40,026 nucleotides of DNA from Desulfobacteria bacterium (lineage in GTDB: Bacteria; Desulfobacterota; Desulfobacteria; Desulfobacterales; C00003060): positions 1 to 40,026 of the forward strand of contig JAQYWL010000106.1 of NCBI GenBank assembly GCA_030145035.1. Reading direction: 5' to 3'. The stretch's first letter is position 1, and each line of letters begins with the position of its first letter. The notes under the pieces are model-generated. The model did no database searches. It was not told the origin of the DNA and saw only the letters and a program-made list of their open reading frames with translations. Of the stretch, positions 17,901 through 25,711 are shown piece by piece. The position numbers and the translations under genes were made by a program.

Positions 17901-18844
17901 CGATTCCCTGCAAGGCTTCCTCCCCCATAATCAAGATGCAGTGTCACTTCAGGATTATCTGGGGTGCCTTGAGCGGTCAAATGAGCTGCAACTTGCCCTG
18001 TCAGGCTCGGCTCCATATGAAGGCTATCTTGGAGCTCAGGAAGCGAAACCGAAAGCTCAAGAGCTAAGTCTAAGAACGGCTTGGTCAAAACATCGCTTAT
18101 ACTTCCAGACAGTGTGAGCTTGGACGAGTCGGTGCCTATCCGCAAAACCAGCGGCTCGATCCGACCCTTGCTGAGCGTTGCCTCCAGTTTGAATTGGTCA
18201 AGTTCGGTTCGAATCTTCGGACTGTCCACGCGCCCTTTGCCAATTTGAAAGGTGAGACTTCCCGATTGTTGCAAAAGATTCCCATCGCCAGTGAGATCGA
18301 TTTCCCGGGCTAATGCCTTTACATCTCGGGCAACCATCTCATAGCGGACAAAACCTTGCGAGACTTTGAGCGACTTGACGACAATATTTATGGGAAGGCT
18401 TTCATCTCTTTTTTTCTCTGGCTTCTCCTGTGGCGCTGTTTCCTCAAGCCTGGGTGCAGCAAACGCGCGCATCAGGTTGACTTCTCCTTCACTGTCCACT
18501 TGAAACTTTGCCCGCGGTTGTTCCAGAACAAGAGCTGCGACTGTGAGATCCCCTTTAAGAAGTGTGTTCCAAGAAAGATCGATAAAAAGGCGATCAAAAC
18601 CCGCAAGTTCGTCATTGGACGGGCTTTTGAGCAGAAAGTTTTCTATTTCGAATTCACCTTTAAGTAAAGAAAACCGAAGTCTTTTCCATGAAATCGCCCC
18701 GGGAATGGATGCACTGACTTTGGCCTGAACGAGACGCTGGGCATGGTCCGTCTTTAAGTAAAAGACGGCCCCGGCCGCGAATAGGAGAATCAGACCGGCA
18801 AGAATTCCCGTACCTACCAAAATATGTTTGATTCGCAACGTCAT
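14930..18844 (-). CDS. tamB: Translocation and assembly module protein TamB (AsmA-like, DUF490 C-terminus)
   Basis: The protein is 1304 aa with an N-terminal membrane anchor MTLRIKHILVGTGILAGLILLFAAGAVFYL. It has long beta-rich repetitive sequence and a C-terminus ...LSGFQDSKGIFGGELQFRLEFR. It lies immediately upstream of the Omp85-family gene. Confidence 0.9.
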   Translation of the reverse strand: MTLRIKHILVGTGILAGLILLFAAGAVFYLKTDHAQRLVQAKVSASIPGAISWKRLRFSLLKGEFEIENFLLKSPSNDELAGFDRLFIDLSWNTLLKGDLTVAALVLEQPRAKFQVDSEGEVNLMRAFAAPRLEETAPQEKPEKKRDESLPINIVVKSLKVSQGFVRYEMVARDVKALAREIDLTGDGNLLQQSGSLTFQIGKGRVDSPKIRTELDQFKLEATLSKGRIEPLVLRIGTDSSKLTLSGSISDVLTKPFLDLALELSVSLPELQDSLHMEPSLTGQVAAHLTAQGTPDNPEVTLHLDYGGGSLAGNRIDQIDMNCHLKERLLTLNNLRMDAASGDLNVQGEVDLQDAFSNGFLSPPRDLEAISYKILLQEKGIELEELCEKPKGLKGTVSSSLSFYGKGISPQTLMARVAMGVFVGQLTTNQVAAPVDFRFKTEASVDQGVATLKHLEAEGGGINLKADGRLDLSSKDMTARFTLDAPSLDAALSSFGIGDVHGECSLKAIASGSIEHPVFDFALNGDQLRFQEITVGKVRLNASLDPSGTLRIPELLVRNQNSALRVSGTAQILERDAMHFLREPRFEVALEADTIFMEDFTTKLKGKLSLASNIGGSFTKPRGTMNLHGKNLDLGVQKFAEVKLSSKLDGEKIWIDPLQIVVAPGELIEATGWFSLQKAYAISLVSEGVSLQHIDQIREQNIADGKLVFDISGKGTLEAPKISGKIAIKAPHIKGKPLDDFYLHLDLDNELARISGKLNFDLSGSFHLQKKDFSVSILFDETDLSPYLKIAGRPDLNGTLTGQIEAKGNAGAIDRIQAFLDFSKLYLFYKEKELLHARDFKVSLQEEEILIHGLHLLLLKEGEFDIKGKGKRNGPLAFQLEGTVPVGLAGLFVESLADGTGDLLVSARIGGTHPQPDIQAEIALNRVGFTVPLLLQKLHNLHGRIQVNPHAITIDRIEGQLDTGRFDLVGKIDLEAFQPSKVLMNLDAHALPLQVPDTLDVVLNTKLRIHGTRKKSMIQGEAVILEGTYYKDVNLSLLEAVGQKKREETPLPREITQPFLKNMSLDISIKRRNPFLVDNNLARLEISPDLRLTGKLNNPIVSGRAEIDSGTIFYRKKRFVVNKGVVDFLNPYKIEPALDIESEVRIRAWTVFLEISGTPDRLTFRLTSDPPEEEGDILSLLLFGRTTHELIEGEGGTSRSTAQMVAELVSMTFGEDIKKATGLDILEIETQEPGDEEASDRLKVTIGKELSKRITVKYAVESKAAEMVQSAIAEYKLLENILLSGFQDSKGIFGGELQFRLEFR

Positions 18845-19028
18845 AGGCCGTATTTTCGCAGTTCCTCAGGGGTCTCTGTGTTCGACGACATGTGGAATTT
18901 CTCGAACATCATTCACAACCACTTTGTTCCGTGTGGAGCCGAACCAGACGTTTCTCAAGCTGTTCGAGGAAGTTTCGGACTGTATAAAGAGGGAAGAGGC
19001 AACCTCCTTCCTTTAAGTATAAACGTGT

Positions 19029-20141
19029 TTAATCAGGAAGGCCGCGAAATGCAACACGGATCATGCACAAAGGATGATTTGTGGGAGGGCAAGAAAGCGA
19101 CTTCTTCATGAACAATCCGGGCCAAATAGCTCCCGATGTCCAGGCAGTCCGTTTTTTCAGATCTTCCTGACGAGAGTCGCAGAGGTGGCGCCGGCAAATT
19201 GGACAATCCGGATCAATACATGGGTCCATGTGAATCAGCACACTGGCGGCTCCTCCAAAATGATCTTTCATGATCTTTTCCACTTCCTTACCTTCACTAT
19301 GTGCGTGATCTAAGGTCAAGTCGCGAGGCAAGATCAAGTGGAAATCTATATGCACGAGGTTGCCCGAACGCCAGGCCCGAAGCTGATGCACATCGATCCA
19401 GATATCCTTGCGGTGTTTAGCGAGCAAGGTAGAGATCTCCTTAAGCAGGTCAGGGTCGGAAGCATCCATGAGCGCTGCGATGGACTGGCGGACCAGTTTT
19501 CCCCCTGAGACCAGAATGTTTAGCCCCACCAAGCATGCGACGGTGCCGTCCAGCCAGTACCACCCGGTTTGATGGACTAAGAAAAGACCCAACAACACCG
19601 CTGCGGATGTATACACATCGGTCAGCACATGTTTGCCATCGGCGGTTAGGGTAGGTGAGCGAGTTCGCTTGCCCACCCGTATAAGCCCAACTCCCAAAAG
19701 GAGGTTGACGAAACTGGCACCGAGGAGAATGAAAAGCCCATTTTGAAGATGAGGGAGTTGTTGGGGATGGAGAATATGAGACAAACCCGTCTTAAAGATT
19801 CCAAAAGCTGCGAGTATAATCAGAGCACCCTCAAAACCCACTGAAAAATATTCAATCTTACCATGTCCGTAAGGATGGCTCTCATCGGGGGGGTTGGCTG
19901 CAAGTAAAATGCTGCCAAGGGCAAAAGCACTGGCCACTACATTGATAATGGATTCGAGAGCGTCAGAAAGGATAGCAGAAGAGTGGGTGAGTAGGTAAGC
20001 GTAAAATTTTACGGCCATCAATGACACGCCAACCACAAACGACAAACTGATAGCGATAAGGCGAGCTCTGATGTGATCTCTTTCAGGAAATTTTGTTTCA
20101 TTTTTCCCTTGGGACGATTTGTTAGTCAAAAAACACTCCAC
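19029..20141 (-). CDS. Cation diffusion facilitator (CDF) family metal efflux transporter, FieF-like, with a Cys-rich C-terminal tail
   Basis: The sequence contains SAILSDALESIINV...HPYGHGKIEYFS...LTADGKHVLTDVYTS, six TM segments and a cytoplasmic domain. The track start at 20141 is GTG. A TTG at 20129 preceded by GGAG is an alternative start. Confidence 0.9.
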   Translation of the reverse strand: MECFLTNKSSQGKNETKFPERDHIRARLIAISLSFVVGVSLMAVKFYAYLLTHSSAILSDALESIINVVASAFALGSILLAANPPDESHPYGHGKIEYFSVGFEGALIILAAFGIFKTGLSHILHPQQLPHLQNGLFILLGASFVNLLLGVGLIRVGKRTRSPTLTADGKHVLTDVYTSAAVLLGLFLVHQTGWYWLDGTVACLVGLNILVSGGKLVRQSIAALMDASDPDLLKEISTLLAKHRKDIWIDVHQLRAWRSGNLVHIDFHLILPRDLTLDHAHSEGKEVEKIMKDHFGGAASVLIHMDPCIDPDCPICRRHLCDSRQEDLKKRTAWTSGAIWPGLFMKKSLSCPPTNHPLCMIRVAFRGLPD

Positions 20142-20428
20142 TTTCTTTAGACATGTGCAGATGTGATTCTTCTTAAAATAAATGCTCAGGCTCAGTTTTT
20201 GGTAATGTCGGTGGCCCGTTGTTAGTAGTCCGTTGTATCAATATTTTCATAGGCTTACGCCAAATATTAGGTGACTAGAACCCCTTCTTGTTATCTATCT
20301 AAATTCACCGCATTTTCCGGTCTTGGCAACAGGCAACTGACAACAACAACGGACGCTACACAGTTTTTCTTATGGGAAAAAATCGGAACAAGCCTGGCCT
20401 ATCCTTGTGTGCAAGGTGCCTTATTATT

Positions 20429-21004
20429 CTACTTTGGATTTAGACTCGTGTAAGCGCTGATAAATGTCTGTACCTGCTCCGTCACTTCGGCTTGGATACG
20501 ATCCAAACGACGAAAACCGAGCGAGCCGGTCGACCAAGTCGTCGATAGTCCTTTAGCATTAGGGTCTCGCAAAAGGCAAACCGTCTGGCGAAGCTCAACA
20601 TCGATCCTGTAAAGGTATCTCTCTATGGGACCACCTTTGGGAACTCGCTCACCATCAACCGTGTAAGTGTACTTCTGCAGGGTCTCGGGCATGAGAATGC
20701 GGACATTCACGTAAAGCATGCCCGCGAAATCTGATTTCCTAAATTCTTCGCACGAGAGCACCTTGATGCTTGCTACCTCAAGCTTCCGTTCGATAACGGT
20801 CTGTAATGTCTCTTCTGTAAGCCCGCCCTTTTTGAGTTCCTTTTTGAGTTCAGGGTCTAAATTCTCTACCTGAACACAGACGGCCTGGAGCCCCCGGAGC
20901 GTCGAACGGGATTCTCTATTATCCATTGCCAATAAGGAGAGAGGCATCTCTAAAGTAACCAAAACCATAACCATCCAAACAAAGCAATGTTTCCTTTTCG
21001 TCAT
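20429..21004 (-). CDS. Hypothetical exported protein
   Basis: An AGGAGG lies 9 nt upstream of the ATG. The N-terminus MTKRKHCFVWMVMVLVTLEMPLSLLA is signal-like. I recognise no family. Confidence 0.55.
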   Translation of the reverse strand: MTKRKHCFVWMVMVLVTLEMPLSLLAMDNRESRSTLRGLQAVCVQVENLDPELKKELKKGGLTEETLQTVIERKLEVASIKVLSCEEFRKSDFAGMLYVNVRILMPETLQKYTYTVDGERVPKGGPIERYLYRIDVELRQTVCLLRDPNAKGLSTTWSTGSLGFRRLDRIQAEVTEQVQTFISAYTSLNPK

Positions 21005-21106
21005 ATTCTTTGGCCTCCTTCCTTTATGCCTGATCGTACCACAGTTTTGCGTCGCATGATATTCCCTCTCGTGACAGCGCTTGCAGTCACCGAGGGCGTT
21101 CTGGCA

Positions 21107-21634
21107 TCAAAGTCTTTTTTTTTCAAACCACCAGAAAAGGGTTAATCCTCCCATCACAAATAGGGGGATAATGACCCAGTGGTTCAAACCCAGCACCTGG
21201 GGTATGGTGATTTTACCGAAATCGCCCCAGGTCAAGACCGTTTTCTTAAGGCTCGGGTAGGCTTCTGCGAAGAGGCCCGCACCAACCAGCATTCCTAAGA
21301 CACCCCATAACCCGTCCCATCGGCCTTCGCCCAAGGCGCCGACCGCAGTCCCTGGACAATAACCTAACAGTCCCCAGCCGAGCCCAAAGACCAGGCCGCC
21401 CAAAATATTGCCACCTAATACGGTAGGCTTGACAGAGAGTTGGGCTAATCCAAGATCCAAAAGTGTGTAAACACCCACCATGCTCACCAGGATGCTCGAG
21501 AGCATAAACTTGACAATCGTCATGTCCATCAAACGCATGGCCCCCAGTTGCTTGTCGTAGCGAATGACCCGGGCCTTTTGCAGGAAGAACCCAAAGAGCA
21601 TGCCGGCAATTAGCCCATAGACGAGTATTCTCAT
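21107..21634 (-). CDS. YeeE/YedE-family (sulfur/thiosulfate-transport type) membrane protein, second half-protein
   Basis: The sequence reads MRILVYGLIAGMLFGFFLQKA...GGLVFGLGWGLLGYCPGTAVGALGEG, which carries the conserved GYCPGT. Its ATG overlaps the stop of the upstream half-gene in an ATGA at 21631-21634. Confidence 0.85.
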   Translation of the reverse strand: MRILVYGLIAGMLFGFFLQKARVIRYDKQLGAMRLMDMTIVKFMLSSILVSMVGVYTLLDLGLAQLSVKPTVLGGNILGGLVFGLGWGLLGYCPGTAVGALGEGRWDGLWGVLGMLVGAGLFAEAYPSLKKTVLTWGDFGKITIPQVLGLNHWVIIPLFVMGGLTLFWWFEKKRL

Positions 21635-22155
21635 TTGCCATCATCTCCCCCATAAAGAGCACGAGCAACGACAATTCCGCCTACAAAAAAACAAACGAGA
21701 GCAATGTATCCGCTCACGGCTAGCTGGAGCGAACCGCCCAGCCCGTGGCCGCTCGGTCACCCATCGGCCAGGCGAGCTCCGAACATGGCTATGAGCCCAC
21801 CCGTAAAGGCGACGACGCCTCTCCTGATTCGGCTTGGGCCAAAACGCGCTTCCCACATGTCCGGCAGTGCCGTCCATCGAAAGGTGCCCGAAGAGGTTGA
21901 CGCAATGAGGGATCCGATGAAGATACCCAGCACGAACATGCACTGCCAGTCAATTTTTGGCGCCTCCTTGACGAAGTAATCCATTTTGGCCACCCGCTCG
22001 GCGCTGAATAGTCTCTCGACCATGCCGACTGATCGGACAAAGGTGGTTGATGCGCCGACGAACTTGCCTGCGAACCACACCGATAGAATAAATACGACAC
22101 CGCTCAAGGCGCCCCCTATGTATGGACTCCAGCCTCTGTCGTCCGCAGTGTTCAT
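21631..22155 (-). CDS. YeeE/YedE-family membrane protein, first half-protein, with in-frame UGA (candidate selenocysteine) at 21757-21759
   Basis: ATG at 22155 follows AGGAGG plus 9 nt. The translation is MNTADDRGWSPYIGGALSGVV...FTGGLIAMFGARLADG-[TGA]-PSGHGLGGSLQLAVSGYIALVCFFVGGIVVARALYGGDDGK. The UGA sits where family members have the Cys of G-C-x-S-G-H-G. The frame stays open and ends in an overlap with the next gene's start. Confidence 0.7.
21727..21754 (-). promoter_or_regulatory. Candidate bacterial SECIS-like hairpin 3' of the UGA
   Basis: The mRNA reads UGA CC GAGCGGCC ACGGGCUGGGC GG U UCGCUC. An 8-bp stem (one G-U pair, one bulged U) starts 2 nt after the UGA and has a G-rich 11-nt apical loop. 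It was folded by eye only. Confidence 0.35.
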
Positions 22156-22386
22156 GATTGTACACCTCCTGTGCTGATTAAGGCGTAGCTTGCCATTCAG
22201 TGTAAACAGCAATCTACTCACATGGACTTAGGCAAGCACGGATCCCAGCTTGTACGCCGCACCCTAAAATTATTAGTTACTAAAAACGTAAAAAAAAGAA
22301 ATAGGGTGGAAAAAGTATTTGTAAAAGAAAAAGACCGTATTTTTCAGATGAAGACATAACTCAGTGGAAAAAGGCGATTTCTTGCC

Positions 22387-23385
22387 TTACCCCAATAATC
22401 GGGCAGCTGTCTCAGCCAGACGTGTGGAGTAACCCATTTCATTGTCGTACCACGCAGCCACCGAGACCAGCGTTCCATCGATAACTTCCACCAAGGGAAG
22501 ATCGATAATTGAGGAATGTGTCTCCCCTACGATTCGCGAGGAAGCCCACTCATCCTCGAGCACGGCCATCACGCCCTGAAGGGGCCCGCTTGCAGCGGCA
22601 CTTCGGAATGCCTCTTTTACCTCTTCTCTGGTGATCGTCTTCTCGACAATTGCGTTGACCTCGGCGATACTCCCCGTGCGCACTGGCACGCGATAAGCCC
22701 TACCTGTGATGTGCAAATCCGGCCAGATGAAACGCAGTGCTTTTGCCGCCCCAGACGAAGACGGAATGATGTTCTCAGCTGCAGCCCACGAGTCGCGTCT
22801 GTCCCGCATCGGCTGGTCCGTCAGTGCCTGACTGTTGGTATAGGCATGGACAGTGGAAAATAAACCCGTTTTGATACCGAACCTTTCGATAAGCACTTTG
22901 ATGACAGGCGCCAGGGCATTGGTGGTACAACTTGCCATACTGATGACCCGGTGCCTCTCAGCGTCAAACTGCTCCAGGTTAATTCCAGGAACGAGAACTG
23001 CGTCACAGTCCTGCAACGTCTTGCTTGGGGCGCTGACAAGTACATGCTTAGCACCCCGTTCCAGATGGGCTTGCGCCCCTGCCCGCACCGTTGCCCGACC
23101 GGTACAATCAATCACCAGACTCACTTCCAAGGCCCCCCAATCCGGGAGGTCTCGGCTGGCGTCAAAGTACTTGATCTGTCGGCGTCCAATCACAAAGCCG
23201 TCTTGTGTAGCCTTCACCTCTTCATGCCAGCGGCCGTAGTTAGAGTCGACCTCAAAAAGCGCTGCCAAGGTCGGCATATCTTTGACATCGGAGATGTAAG
23301 TCGGAACGAACAGGCCGCCCTTCAGCGCTGCCTTGAGGGTCGAGCGCCCTATACGACCAAACCCGTGGATAGCAGTGTTGCCCAT
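22387..23385 (-). CDS. gap: Glyceraldehyde-3-phosphate dehydrogenase family (type I, divergent)
   Basis: ATG at 23385 follows GAAGGAGGAGCT and gives MGNTAIHGFGRIGRSTL. The active site is SCTTNALAP, followed by ...WYDNEMGYS. The longer ORF start at 23493 lacks homology. Confidence 0.9.
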   Translation of the reverse strand: MGNTAIHGFGRIGRSTLKAALKGGLFVPTYISDVKDMPTLAALFEVDSNYGRWHEEVKATQDGFVIGRRQIKYFDASRDLPDWGALEVSLVIDCTGRATVRAGAQAHLERGAKHVLVSAPSKTLQDCDAVLVPGINLEQFDAERHRVISMASCTTNALAPVIKVLIERFGIKTGLFSTVHAYTNSQALTDQPMRDRRDSWAAAENIIPSSSGAAKALRFIWPDLHITGRAYRVPVRTGSIAEVNAIVEKTITREEVKEAFRSAAASGPLQGVMAVLEDEWASSRIVGETHSSIIDLPLVEVIDGTLVSVAAWYDNEMGYSTRLAETAARLLG

Positions 23386-23534
23386 AGCTCCTCCTTCCTC
23401 ATACACATACTCAACAGGCGCAATTGAAAACCGCCAATATGTCCCTTTGGTCCTTGTTTGTTGTGTCGGGCGGGCTCTATAAAACGGCGCCAAAACCCCG
23501 GGAGCATGATTGTGAACATCTCTACCCCCATAAT

Positions 23535-24239
23535 CTAGTCCCGACCCCGACCAAAGATCCTGAGGAGCAGCAAAAAGAGGTTTATAAAGTCAAGATACAG
23601 GGAGAGTGCACCCAAAATGGCTCCTTTTCTGATCACAGCACCGTCGAGGCCGTCGGGCTGCGTCAGGGCCATGCCCTTCAACTTCTGAGTATCGTAGGCG
23701 GTCAAGCCTACAAAGATAATTACTCCTATATAGCTCACAATCATACTCACAGCGCTGCTGCGAATGAACAGATTGACCAGAGAAGCGCCAATGATCCCAA
23801 TTAGCCCCATCATGAGAAATCCGCCCCAAGAGGTTAGATCTTTCTTTGTCGTCCAGCCATAAATACTGCAAGCCAAAAAGGTGGCTGAACAGATAAAAAA
23901 AGTACTTACTATTGATGCGCGAGCATAAGCCAGAAATATAAATGATAACGTCACACCGTTGAGCGCGGAGTAGGTGACGAAGAGCGTGGTGGCGGTCCCC
24001 GCGCTCATCTTGTTCACCCTACTGCTTATGGAAAAGACCAAGGCGAGTTCGGCTATGATCAACCCGAAAAAAATGAGAGGGCTGCCGAAAATCAGGCGCA
24101 TCATGGTCTCACTGGTGGAAACGTACAAGGCGATAAAACCGGTCAGTGCAAGTCCTATACACATCCAGTTGTAAACACTTCTTACAAAATCATTGACGAG
24201 AACCTCTGTCCTTTCTCTTGTCACAGGAACCGATTCCAT
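23535..24239 (-). CDS. Bax inhibitor-1/YccA family membrane protein
   Basis: Seven hydrophobic segments are present, and the C-terminus is ...GALSLYLDFINLFLLLLRIFG, typical of BI-1/UPF0005. ATG at 24239 is 7 nt after AGGAGG. Confidence 0.9.
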   Translation of the reverse strand: MESVPVTRERTEVLVNDFVRSVYNWMCIGLALTGFIALYVSTSETMMRLIFGSPLIFFGLIIAELALVFSISSRVNKMSAGTATTLFVTYSALNGVTLSFIFLAYARASIVSTFFICSATFLACSIYGWTTKKDLTSWGGFLMMGLIGIIGASLVNLFIRSSAVSMIVSYIGVIIFVGLTAYDTQKLKGMALTQPDGLDGAVIRKGAILGALSLYLDFINLFLLLLRIFGRGRD

Positions 24240-24397
24240 CACATCACCTCCTGCTGGATCTTAGGAAATCTCCAACACTCTAATTTCAACATCTCCGTGA
24301 AACCTGACTTGCGGGGCTGAGAATGGATATTTCGCGGAGTCTGCAAGCGACCCAAGGCTTCACTCTCGTGGGAAGAAGAAACGGGATTCATCAATGA

Positions 24398-24661
24398 TCA
24401 TAGGAGCTTGCGAATGCGATCGTACCCATGCTTAATTTCCTTTGCCAGTTGCTTTGCAGCAGCCCCTATGTCTTTTGATGCGTCTCCTGCCTCGGTCCCA
24501 AGCACAGGCGTTTTTGCCTTGAGTTGCTCCCACTTTTTCTCAGCCTTCTCCCATTCATCGCCAGCCTCAGCCTTTGCGAGATTGAGCTTCACTTTGAGTT
24601 CATCCCGTTGTTGTTTCAGGGTTTCTACAAGTTTTTTCACATCGTCATGTGTCTGAGTCAC
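24398..24661 (-). CDS. Small (87 aa) charged coiled-coil protein, function unknown
   Basis: GTG at 24661 follows GGAGGGAGAC. The product begins (M)TQTHDDVKKLVETLKQQRDELKVKLNLAKAEAGDEWEKAEKKWEQLKAK.... A degraded paralogous copy lies near 32470-32640. Confidence 0.55.
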   Translation of the reverse strand: MTQTHDDVKKLVETLKQQRDELKVKLNLAKAEAGDEWEKAEKKWEQLKAKTPVLGTEAGDASKDIGAAAKQLAKEIKHGYDRIRKLL

Positions 24662-24802
24662 GTCTCCCTCCTTTCTGCTTGTAGGCTCGAATTCTGACCG
24701 CCTGGTAATAAACGCATTATGGACTGACCAAGGTCTGACGTAAGCTGTGGGCAAAAAGACAAGTGACGATCCTTTAGATATCCAGACCTTTGATAACGTT
24801 TT

Positions 24803-25543
24803 TCAGAACATTGGCTGAAGCTTGCAGCTATGTCTGCTAAGGAGATATCTGAATCGCGCGGTATCCAAGACTGTCCCTGATCCGATGACCCTATTCATAG
24901 GATATCCTGAAACCTTTAAGGCCACATAGGTCAAAACATCAACCGGATTGGAGACGATGAGTAGGATCCTCGGATTGTATTTAGCGATCTGAGGGATAAT
25001 ATCCTTGAAGATATCTGCGTTCCTTCGAACCAAATCCAGCCTCGTTTCGCCCGGTTTCTGACTGGCGCCTGCAGTCACAACGACGATACTTGCATCCTTG
25101 CAATCCGAGTAGTTTCCAACATAAATGCTGGAGGGCTGGACAAAGGAAAGGCCGTGATTAAGATCCATCACGTGTCCCTCTGCTCGCTCAGTAGCTTGAT
25201 CAATGAGAACGATGCTCGTGGCCAAGCCGCTGATCATGAGAGCAAAGGCAAAGGTGGAACCCACCTGACCTGTACCCACGATGGCTACTTTTCTTTCCTG
25301 GACAAAGTCTGCTTGCAACAGCTTCAAATATTTTTCCGGATCCTCTTCAAATGAGGCCTTACATCTCATGGCACAGAAATAATATGTCTTGTCCATATAT
25401 TGAACTTGGTGTTTGACCTGATTCTCATCTACCTCCATGCCGCATACCGGATCTTTGACCATAATCCTTCTCGCTTTCTCTCTCGAACATGATTTGTCTT
25501 TGAATTTACACATATGGGCACGTGATGTCCCGGTTTCTCCCAA
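24803..25543 (-). CDS. YHS/TRASH-like metal-binding domain fused to the N-terminal NAD-binding half of an L-lactate/malate dehydrogenase; truncated before the catalytic half (possible pseudogene)
   Basis: The YHS-like part is [42 protein letters not shown]. The LDH-like part is [18 protein letters not shown]...GETRLDLV..N...SNPVDVLT...[18 protein letters not shown], followed by 8 unrelated codons and a stop. The GEHGDS catalytic region is absent in all frames downstream. The start is uncertain (25543, 25513 or 25462). Confidence 0.6.
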   Translation of the reverse strand: MGETGTSRAHMCKFKDKSCSREKARRIMVKDPVCGMEVDENQVKHQVQYMDKTYYFCAMRCKASFEEDPEKYLKLLQADFVQERKVAIVGTGQVGSTFAFALMISGLATSIVLIDQATERAEGHVMDLNHGLSFVQPSSIYVGNYSDCKDASIVVVTAGASQKPGETRLDLVRRNADIFKDIIPQIAKYNPRILLIVSNPVDVLTYVALKVSGYPMNRVIGSGTVLDTARFRYLLSRHSCKLQPMF

Positions 25544-25711
25544 AACTGTGATGGACCGTCCTCATAATTGATAGCGCGGCGCCTCCCTCACAGGACATAC
25601 CCATTTATGCTCCGGCTGAGAGGTCTAACGATCAGATTTCCATACACCCCCTGGTCCAAACCGGTACTGGACGCATGCCCCACACATATAGCTCTCAGTG
25701 GGCCTCGCGGC

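Noticed and set aside
7787-18844. Numerous 60-200-aa ORFs antisense to or out of frame within the ATPase, BamA-like and TamB genes (for example 9828-10454 +, 12579-13109 -, 15018-15452 +)
   Set aside because: They are shadow ORFs inside strongly supported long genes. Their compositions are Ser/Arg/Pro-rich and they have no SDs.
20225-20360. 9-bp inverted repeat GTCCGTTGT...ACAACGGAC in the CDF upstream region as an operator
   Set aside because: The arms are about 110 nt apart and the match is short, so it could easily arise by chance.
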